NCBI GenBank assembly: GCA_964487255.1 | Contig: CAZAQV010000003.1 | Span: forward strand, 92,266-156,265 | Direction of reading: 5' to 3' | Source: an uncultured Polyangiales bacterium | GTDB taxonomy: Bacteria; Myxococcota_A; Polyangia; Polyangiales; CAZAQV01 | DNA: 64,000 nt | Shown here: positions 39,340-46,853 of the stretch, piece by piece | Position numbering within the stretch: the first letter of the stretch is position 1 | Layout of the letters: the number at the start of each line of letters is the position of its first letter | Position numbers and translations under genes: made by a program | The notes under the pieces: model-generated | Seen by the model: only the letters and a program-made list of their open reading frames with translations | Database searches by the model: none | What the model was told of the DNA's origin: nothing

Positions 39340-39750
39340 CTAGTGTGCTCGCTGAATATTGAGTGCGAATACCTTGATCCCATTCTGTTTGATGACATCG
39401 ACAACGCGGATCACTTCTCCGTAATCGACACTCCTATCCGCCGAAATCACAGCCTGCAGCTCCTTGTTCTTCCACGCCTCTCGCGAAACATGCGAACCCA
39501 GAGCGTCGAGGTCGGTTGGTTCTCCATCGCGGAAGAGTGAACCATCTTCTTTAATGACAACATTGAGCGTGCTCGACACCGTTTCGTTGGCACTCGCTGC
39601 CGTCGGCAACTCGACGGAAATACTCGCCCGCACAATCGCCGACGAAGTCAGCATGAAGATGATCAGAAGGACCAGAACGATATCAACGAAAGGGACGATA
39701 TTGATCTGCGCGATCACATCCTCATCTTCTTGAAAGATATTTGCCGCCAT
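39340..39750 (-). CDS. exbD: ExbD/TolR-family biopolymer transport protein
   Basis: 136 aa, with INIVPFVDIVLVLLIIFM (a TM segment with the conserved Asp) and a periplasmic domain. Confidence 0.85.
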   Translation of the reverse strand: MAANIFQEDEDVIAQINIVPFVDIVLVLLIIFMLTSSAIVRASISVELPTAASANETVSSTLNVVIKEDGSLFRDGEPTDLDALGSHVSREAWKNKELQAVISADRSVDYGEVIRVVDVIKQNGIKVFALNIQRAH

Positions 39751-39759
39751 GCAGTCCTC

Positions 39760-40425
39760 CTATGCGCCCTTCGTGGCGCCCGGTTCGACCGCCGATTTGA
39801 GCGAAGCTAGCAACGTGGCGCTAAGCAGGTTCCCGTCGTCGGCGATCGCCTTAACGCGCCCTTTGAGCGTGTTGAACGCAATCACTGCTGGGATAGCCAC
39901 CAGCAACCCAACCGCCGTCGCGATCAACGCCTCCGCAATTCCCCCCATCACGGCAGAGCTTGCTGAACCCATATTCGATGAGAGATCTTTGAACGCTCGA
40001 ATAATCCCTAACACCGTCCCGAAAAGGCCGATGAAGGGCGCATTGCTGGCCACCGTCGCAAGAAAGCTGAGCCTCTTTTCATACCTCGCTCGTTCTTTGC
40101 GAGCCGCTGCAACGAGCAGGTCTTCAACCGCGTCGGGACCCCTGGCATAGTCCCTCAGACCAAACAAGACGGTGTTGGTCTCCAGGCTATCGAATTGCTC
40201 AAGATATTGCGCAGCGCCCATCAGGTCGCCTTCTTTGAGATACTCGCTCAACTTCGCACGCACCTTGTCGATGTCGATCCCGTGGCGACGATAGAACGTG
40301 TACCTCTCCACCATGACTGCGACCGAAACGATCGACAGCGCGATGAGCACCCAGAGCACCCACTCCGCCTGGAAAATTGGGAGCTCGAGCAACGTTGAAA
40401 TTAGTCCACTATGTTCGGGATTCAT
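39760..40425 (-). CDS. exbB: MotA/TolQ/ExbB proton-channel protein
   Basis: It has three TM segments, and the conserved C-terminal block LATVASNAPFIGLFGTVLGII...GGIAEALIATAVGLLVAIPAV is present. Confidence 0.85.
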   Translation of the reverse strand: MNPEHSGLISTLLELPIFQAEWVLWVLIALSIVSVAVMVERYTFYRRHGIDIDKVRAKLSEYLKEGDLMGAAQYLEQFDSLETNTVLFGLRDYARGPDAVEDLLVAAARKERARYEKRLSFLATVASNAPFIGLFGTVLGIIRAFKDLSSNMGSASSAVMGGIAEALIATAVGLLVAIPAVIAFNTLKGRVKAIADDGNLLSATLLASLKSAVEPGATKGA

Positions 40426-40476
40426 GCCGTGGAACTTGGGGCCAAGGAGCTGTAATGACAGTGCTTGTTTCGCAAC

Positions 40477-40492
40477 GTTACAGTTTGTTACA
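40477..40492. promoter_or_regulatory. Direct repeat GTTACA-N4-GTTACA in the divergent exbB / response-regulator intergenic region
   Basis: Two perfect hexamers sit 10 bp centre-to-centre (40477-40482 and 40487-40492). This is the geometry used by OmpR/PhoB-family winged-helix dimers. It lies 26 nt upstream of the RR start. Confidence 0.3.
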
Positions 40493-40517
40493 AATCGTCA
40501 TGGGGTTGCGGTAGAGC

Positions 40518-41216
40518 ATGGTTGAGGGAGCCGGACCATCGCAGCAGGTTCTACTCGTCGAGGACGATGATGAGCTTTCGAGCCTGATTGCAGACTATCT
40601 CAAGGACCACGGCCTTTCCGTCGAGGTTGTATCCGACGGCTCACTCGCCGAACAAACCGCAAGGAGGTTTCGACCGGATCTCGTGATTCTCGACGCCATG
40701 CTTCCGGGTAAAGACGGACTCGAGATCTGCCGCGACATGCGTGCCTGGTTCGACGGACCAATCCTGTTTTTGACGGCACGCTCCGGTTGGGTTGATGAGA
40801 TCGTTGGACTTGAGATCGGTGCAGACGACTACCTCGGAAAGCCGGTCGAGCCGCGCCTATTACTCGCCCGTGTGCGAACGCTTCTTCGCCGCGCATCGAA
40901 CTCCATCCGATCGACCGAAGATGAGACACTGCGCGTCAACGAGCAGCGCCGAACTGCGCATCTTGGTTCCCGGAACCTTGAACTGACAGACGCTGAGTTC
41001 GACCTCCTCGTGTACATGCGCGCGCGGGCTGGACAGACTCTCAGCCGCAAACAACTTGCACGCGACGTTTGCGAGGCCGAGTACGACGGCTTTGACCGCA
41101 CGGTCGACGTTCGCATTGGCCGCTTGCGATCAAAGCTCGGGGATGATGCCAAACACCCACGCTGGATCAAGTCCGTGCGCGGGATCGGCTACATCTTCTT
41201 ACAGGGCGACTCATGA
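40518..41216 (+). CDS. OmpR/PhoB-family response regulator
   Basis: It has a receiver domain (LLVEDDDEL...DLVILDAMLPGKDG...LTAR) and a winged-helix output domain (LELTDAEFDLLVYM...IKSVRGIGYIF). Confidence 0.9.
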   Translation: MVEGAGPSQQVLLVEDDDELSSLIADYLKDHGLSVEVVSDGSLAEQTARRFRPDLVILDAMLPGKDGLEICRDMRAWFDGPILFLTARSGWVDEIVGLEIGADDYLGKPVEPRLLLARVRTLLRRASNSIRSTEDETLRVNEQRRTAHLGSRNLELTDAEFDLLVYMRARAGQTLSRKQLARDVCEAEYDGFDRTVDVRIGRLRSKLGDDAKHPRWIKSVRGIGYIFLQGDS

Positions 41217-42472
41217 TTCGCTTTGCGACCCGTGTACTTGTCGCAATACTCCTCGCAGCCATTGCCAGCTTACTCGCCGGGTTCTGGCTTGAACCACCGG
41301 CGGGCCGCATCACCGAAGAGCTTCTACAAGGACATGCCCGGCTTCTCGCGGACGAACTGGCCCGCACAGCGCCTCCGCAACGACCTGAATTCGTTGAGAA
41401 GCGCAGCAAACAACTCGGCTACCCTGTCGAACTCGAAAAAGCGCCTTCTGAGAGGCTCGAACACGTCCGAAGCGAATGGCGCGGCACAAAACTTCACCTG
41501 ATTGCGCGAGTTCCGGGCACCCCAGGGCAAGTCGTCCTCGGCCCGCTGCCAAGCCCGACGTCACGCATCTGGGCGCCTTCTCTTGCCGTCGCATTCTTCT
41601 TCTCCGTGCTCGCAGCAGCAGCAGCAATTTGGCCGCTGCTACGCCAAGTTCGTGAACACAATCGCATTGCGCGCCAACTCGCTCGCGGCAACTTCGCGGT
41701 GCGCACGTCGACTCGAGAGGGCGACGTTCTGAACTCGATCGGCAAAGCCCTGAATCAGCTTGCTGACCGGATGAACCAAGTGCTCTCGGACGAGCGTGAT
41801 CTACTGCGCACTGTCGCTCACGAGGTCCGCGCTCCGATCGCGCGGATGAGGTTTCGCGTCGAGAAGATCCAACGCCAAGCCAATACACCACTAAGACAAG
41901 AATGCGATGGGCTCGACTCGGATCTGCGACAGGTCAATGAGCTCTTCGAAGAACTGCTGACCTACGTCGCCTTCGATGAGTTCGACCACGAGCGACCTAC
42001 CCTGCAGCCTGAAACGTTCGATGCCTATGCGCGCGTCGTCGCCGTCGTCGACGAGGTCACTGCCACCGAAGAAACGGTTTCGGTCACAGTGCATGAACCT
42101 CAACCTAGGCCAACCGTCATGGCCAATCCAAAACTCTTCGAACGAGCAGTCACGAACCTCCTGCTCAACGCACTGTCCTACGGCGGGTCAAAGGTCGACG
42201 TGTACATACGAGAGTTTTCCCGAGACGTTATCATCGATGTTCAGGACAGGGGACCCGGCATCGCTGAAGATGACCGACCGAAAGTGATCCGCCCATTTGT
42301 GCGCCTGGGAAAGAAAAAGACGCGTGGTACGGGCCTAGGGCTCGCCATCGTATCGCGCATCATGGCACTACACGAAGGCCGCCTCCACATCTTGGACGCC
42401 CCGACCGGCGGCGCCTCGATTCAGCTTGCGTGGAAAAAACAAAGCAATTACAAGACCAAGAGCTCTGCATGA
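41213..42472 (+). CDS. Sensor histidine kinase (TM-HAMP-HisKA-HATPase)
   Basis: It has the H-box LRTVAHEVRAPIARM, the N-box LLLNALSYG, and the G-boxes DRGPGI and GTGLGLAIV. There is a 4-nt overlap with the RR gene. Confidence 0.85.
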   Translation: MIRFATRVLVAILLAAIASLLAGFWLEPPAGRITEELLQGHARLLADELARTAPPQRPEFVEKRSKQLGYPVELEKAPSERLEHVRSEWRGTKLHLIARVPGTPGQVVLGPLPSPTSRIWAPSLAVAFFFSVLAAAAAIWPLLRQVREHNRIARQLARGNFAVRTSTREGDVLNSIGKALNQLADRMNQVLSDERDLLRTVAHEVRAPIARMRFRVEKIQRQANTPLRQECDGLDSDLRQVNELFEELLTYVAFDEFDHERPTLQPETFDAYARVVAVVDEVTATEETVSVTVHEPQPRPTVMANPKLFERAVTNLLLNALSYGGSKVDVYIREFSRDVIIDVQDRGPGIAEDDRPKVIRPFVRLGKKKTRGTGLGLAIVSRIMALHEGRLHILDAPTGGASIQLAWKKQSNYKTKSSA

Positions 42473-42525
42473 CGGATCGCGGTCGGCACGTGGCTCGCAG
42501 GCATGTTCCAGGCTAAAACTCGCCC

Positions 42526-44973
42526 ATGGAGTGCACGAGTTATGTGCGTGCGTCTTGGCTTATCACCCTCTTCCTTGCTGCCCTCGGGTGCGCAGCGGGA
42601 AACGACGCGACGCTCGACCCCATCCCAGCCCAAAGTGTGCGAGTGAGCGCAACCTTGCGCGTTCCGCTCGTCGTACAGAGCAGCGAGAGCAACTATGACC
42701 TTCGCTTCGATGGGCCGGACCTCCCCGGGTTGGGGGTCACCTCGAATATCTCAACTGGCGCTGGGGGTGGCGAGTTCCAATGGACGCCTCTGGCAAGCCA
42801 CGTCGGCAAGCACGAGTTTGTCTTTAATCTCGTCGTTGGAGGAGAAGTCGTCGACTCACAGCCAACCTTGATCACGGTCGAGCCCGCTGACGATGCAGCA
42901 CCCGTATTCGTCCAACCAGGGCCCGGTGGCACCTACGACCTATCGCGTAACCCTTGCGTTGCATTCAATGTCGAGGTCCGAGACAATGACTCGGACGAGG
43001 TCACGATCACCGCGGCAGCTGACGTCCCTCTCGGCGCCGATCCGATCTCCTCGACCGGACCCAAGAGCGCCATGTTCGAATGGTGCCCGACGCAAGATCA
43101 AATCACCGCATCACAACGCTGGGCTGTACGGCTATCGGCCGATGACGGCGAACACCCGCCCACTCTGCTCGACCACGTCATCATCTTGCGTGCACAGGCC
43201 AAAGCAGATTGCCGGGGGAAGCCTCCGACCATCGAAATCGTCTCACCGACGCAAGGCGAGCGCGTTCCAGGAAGCCCGAGCTTCACCGTGAAAATAAACG
43301 CGACAGACGAAGGCTCCATCCGAGAAGCACCCATTCTTTATTACACGATGACGCGCCCTGATGATTTCCTCGACCCCGAAATCGCCACATTCACTGGCCA
43401 AACCGACGCGACAGGGGCAGGCCCCGAGTATGAAGCAACCATTCCTGACCTCGGCCTCGACCCTGGCGACGAGCTGACCTTGTACCTCGTCGCAAGCGTG
43501 ACCGACAACGACGACGAATCGGGCACGCGCTGCGACCACCGCACCGACACCAGCGTTATCAGTTTTGTCGCGGTGGGCACAGACGCACTTGGCGCGGACT
43601 GCGCACGCTGCTCTGGCTCCTCCCGCTGCAGCTCAGCGATTTGCGCTTCTGGGAGCAACGGCGTATCCCAGTGTCTTCCCGCTTGTGCTGCCTGCCCCGA
43701 AGACTGCGTGCAAGTCACGACGGTCGAAGGGTTGACGCAACAGAGCTGCGCGCCCTCATCTTGCGACAGCGGTCCAGACTGCACGGACGACGCACTTGAG
43801 AATAACGATAGCGTGGCAACCGCGACGCCACTAGGCGCCGGTGGACGCTCCGCTACCTTGTGCAGCCCGAATGTGGACTTCTACAAGATCGATGTTCCAG
43901 CGGGGACTAGAACGCAAATCACGCTCACTGGCGACGCTTCGGCAACCGCAGATTTGGATCTGATGCTCATGGACGGGAACGGCCGTGTCCTTCAAGTCAG
44001 CGAGTCTTACTCGAACAACGAAATCATTTACCACTGCTCTCCCAGCGCCACCACGGTGTATGCACGCGTGTACGCTATCGGCGAGCAGGCAAGCAACTAC
44101 GACATCAGCATTACCCAGTCGAGCGCGACCTGTTGCGTGGATGACGCATTCGAAGACGACGACTCCATTGCCGACGCACGCATGCTAACGGGCGACGCCT
44201 TCGACGGGACCATCTGCGCAGGTGATTCCGACTACATCGGGTTTTCGATCGGCGAGCCCACCGACATCGAAGCTGTCATCGTCTTCGAAAATAGCAAAGG
44301 TGACCTCGACCTTGGGCTGGCGGACTCACAGGGCTTTCTGTTGGCAGCCTCCGCCACGGACCAGGACATTGAAGAAATCTCCGGAATCTTGCCTGACCCG
44401 GGCAGCTACATCCTTCTCGTCACCGGGCATCAAGACGCCGAAACCGACTACATCGGTTCACTCACCCTCTCACCGGTCTCGGGTTGCAGCAGCTCCAGCG
44501 ACTGCGGCGAAGAGATGGTGTGCGACCAAGGTGTGTGCGTGGATTGGTCGTGCCAAAGCAACGCAGAATGCCCAACAGACCACCTGTGCGTGAAACTCGG
44601 CCCAGATAGCAATGCCAAAGTCTGCGCGCCCACATGCTCGGTCAACCGCGATTGTGCGAGCTCTGAAGCGTGCAAGCGTTTCCCGGAAGGACGTGCCTGC
44701 GGAAAGACCGGATCCGGACAGAACGGCGACGTCTGCTTGGACTTCAGAAGCTGCGGCGGACAGCGCGCCTGCCTCGACTTCCCGGATGGCTATTGCGCAC
44801 GTGCTGGCTGCACGACCGAAAGCGACTGCGAGTCGGGCACACACTGTGTACCGCTCGAGGGCATGAACGTGTGCGCTCGAGGCTGCGCCGACGTGACCTG
44901 CCGCTTCTTTTATGAATGCGCCGACGCGGTGGACACAGCGTCCAACGACCAAATCGTCTGCGCGCCACTCTAG
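42526..44973 (+). CDS. Large secreted lipoprotein: Ig-like N-region, two pre-peptidase C-terminal (PPC)-like domains, Cys-rich C-terminal repeats
   Basis: It has the lipobox LFLAALGC. Two PPC-like modules are present (DDALENNDSVATATPL...DFYKIDV...ADLDLMLMDGNG and DDAFEDDDSIADARML...DYIGFSI...GDLDLGLADSQG). The C-terminus has repeated C-x-DC-x-C units. Confidence 0.6.
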   Translation: MECTSYVRASWLITLFLAALGCAAGNDATLDPIPAQSVRVSATLRVPLVVQSSESNYDLRFDGPDLPGLGVTSNISTGAGGGEFQWTPLASHVGKHEFVFNLVVGGEVVDSQPTLITVEPADDAAPVFVQPGPGGTYDLSRNPCVAFNVEVRDNDSDEVTITAAADVPLGADPISSTGPKSAMFEWCPTQDQITASQRWAVRLSADDGEHPPTLLDHVIILRAQAKADCRGKPPTIEIVSPTQGERVPGSPSFTVKINATDEGSIREAPILYYTMTRPDDFLDPEIATFTGQTDATGAGPEYEATIPDLGLDPGDELTLYLVASVTDNDDESGTRCDHRTDTSVISFVAVGTDALGADCARCSGSSRCSSAICASGSNGVSQCLPACAACPEDCVQVTTVEGLTQQSCAPSSCDSGPDCTDDALENNDSVATATPLGAGGRSATLCSPNVDFYKIDVPAGTRTQITLTGDASATADLDLMLMDGNGRVLQVSESYSNNEIIYHCSPSATTVYARVYAIGEQASNYDISITQSSATCCVDDAFEDDDSIADARMLTGDAFDGTICAGDSDYIGFSIGEPTDIEAVIVFENSKGDLDLGLADSQGFLLAASATDQDIEEISGILPDPGSYILLVTGHQDAETDYIGSLTLSPVSGCSSSSDCGEEMVCDQGVCVDWSCQSNAECPTDHLCVKLGPDSNAKVCAPTCSVNRDCASSEACKRFPEGRACGKTGSGQNGDVCLDFRSCGGQRACLDFPDGYCARAGCTTESDCESGTHCVPLEGMNVCARGCADVTCRFFYECADAVDTASNDQIVCAPL

Positions 44974-44978
44974 TCGTC

Positions 44979-46832
44979 ATGCTCGCCCGTCTCGCTTTTG
45001 CACTCCTGTACGTTTCGATCGCCTTCGGCTGCGGAGACGATGTCCAGTCCGAACGCAGACCGAGCACCTTGAGTCTAACTTCGATTACGGCGCCGAGCCC
45101 CGTCCTCGCAGGGACGCCGCTGCTTCCCCAGGGCAACGGACTCGAAACGCTTTCCGAGGGAGCGCTCTTACACCTTCGAGGTTCACGGTCGTCAGCGATT
45201 GCTCCGCGGAATCCGCAAGCAAAGTCGGGGCGCGTGGAGTTCATGCTCACTGATGTCGCCGTTGAAGAACTGGGCGTCGGCACACACTCCCTGCAAGCTT
45301 GGATTGAAGATACCGACCGAAACAGCAACGAGCTTTCGATCGAACTCGAGGTTTCGGCCGGCATCTCCCCGCAGCTCCAAGCGGCTCCATCAGGCACTGT
45401 TCACCGAAACGACATCGTGGTCATTCGTGGGGATGGCTTCTTGTTTCCGACCGAAGGCGTGGTCGAACTCGTCGTCGACGGCACCTATACGCGCACGGAA
45501 GGCGGCACCACTCCCGTGCAGGCACGCGTCAAGGCACTTCCGGTAGAGCCAGACGATCGCAGCCGCGCGAGTGTCGAGCTGGGCACGGAGCTAGGCGGCA
45601 TCCACACTGGCAGGTTAGAAGGAACGGTGTACCTCGAAGCCACGACAGCGGCCGGCGTGGTCAAGCAATCGGAGCGCGCTACCACCACACTCACCTTTGA
45701 GCCCGCAATTTTCTTTTCGATCGAACCGACCACGCTTTCTCTTGAGCAAATCGCGACGGTCCGCGGCGCTGGGTTTGTTGGCGGACCCGACCACCCAGAC
45801 GAGGGCATGTTCGTTCGCCTGCGAGGCACATTTGAACCGTACGGCGGCAGCCCTGTCCCGCTCAACGACCGCGAACTCGTGCTTGAATGGGTGAGCGGCA
45901 CCGAGGCCCGCGTCACACTCGAAGCCGTAGAAAGTGGCCTCGCGCTCGTTAGCAAAGTGTTTGGTGCTTCGCGAGGCCGATTTGACGGCACAGCGTTGGC
46001 CGTGACGGTCAAGGGTGCGACGACGGTGCTCGGCGTGGAGGCTCCACTTTCGATCACACTGGGACAAATCATCCAAGTCGTGCACCTCAAGTTTCTGCCT
46101 GGCTTCTACGATAGCCTCTCACGCTACGGGTTGACCGCCGCCGCGGGCCTCCTGGAAGAACTCGTAGTCGAACGAATCGAGGATATCTATGAGCGCTGGA
46201 ACGTCGACGTTCGTCTTGAAAAGCCAACCGACTACTCAGTGCGCGGTTTTGCCACGGTCGAGGTAGGCGGCCCGGACCCCAATGACCTTGGACTCTTCGG
46301 TTACGATAACACGCCGGGAAAAGACATCGGCAATGTCAGACTCGCGGACGCCATCGGCGGGGAGAATGCTGAAACGCAAGCCAACAACCAACCCGGCTAC
46401 GGCGGCGTATTCGTCGACTCGTTCTTCTACTTCTCCTCCCATCCGGACGATGCCCTTCCCAACCAACTTGGACCACCACCAGATCCGCTGTTCGATGAGA
46501 TTTTTGATCCGGTCCGCGCGAAGGCCGCCACGCTGAAAGAAGTCTCCGGCGAAGGCGATGAAACACGCGTGGCCCAAGTGGCGCGCGCGATAGGCGCCCT
46601 TTCGAGCCTGATTGGGGAGACTGTCGCACATGAACTGGGGCATTCTTTTGGCCTGGCCGAGCCCTACGGGTCGTCGACGACCTATCACAATATTGGCGAC
46701 GGCGAAGGATGCCTGATGGACTCCGGCTCGCAGCGCCCCTTCGGCGAACGTACGCAACAAGCCGGCTATGCGCCGACTCGTCTCTGCTACGACAGTCCGA
46801 GCTACCTCGACCAAGTGTTTGTCATCGAGTAG
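44979..46832 (+). CDS. Secreted lipoprotein with IPT/TIG-like repeats and a C-terminal HExxH zinc-metallopeptidase-like site
   Basis: The ATG at 44979 gives MLARLAFALLYVSIAFGC (a lipobox). It has repeats with IVVIRGDGF and IATVRGAGFVG, and a C-terminal ETVAHELGHSFGLAEPYG...GCLMDSG. Confidence 0.6.
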   Translation: MLARLAFALLYVSIAFGCGDDVQSERRPSTLSLTSITAPSPVLAGTPLLPQGNGLETLSEGALLHLRGSRSSAIAPRNPQAKSGRVEFMLTDVAVEELGVGTHSLQAWIEDTDRNSNELSIELEVSAGISPQLQAAPSGTVHRNDIVVIRGDGFLFPTEGVVELVVDGTYTRTEGGTTPVQARVKALPVEPDDRSRASVELGTELGGIHTGRLEGTVYLEATTAAGVVKQSERATTTLTFEPAIFFSIEPTTLSLEQIATVRGAGFVGGPDHPDEGMFVRLRGTFEPYGGSPVPLNDRELVLEWVSGTEARVTLEAVESGLALVSKVFGASRGRFDGTALAVTVKGATTVLGVEAPLSITLGQIIQVVHLKFLPGFYDSLSRYGLTAAAGLLEELVVERIEDIYERWNVDVRLEKPTDYSVRGFATVEVGGPDPNDLGLFGYDNTPGKDIGNVRLADAIGGENAETQANNQPGYGGVFVDSFFYFSSHPDDALPNQLGPPPDPLFDEIFDPVRAKAATLKEVSGEGDETRVAQVARAIGALSSLIGETVAHELGHSFGLAEPYGSSTTYHNIGDGEGCLMDSGSQRPFGERTQQAGYAPTRLCYDSPSYLDQVFVIE

Positions 46833-46853
46833 GCGTCGCTCCAACCTCGCGGG

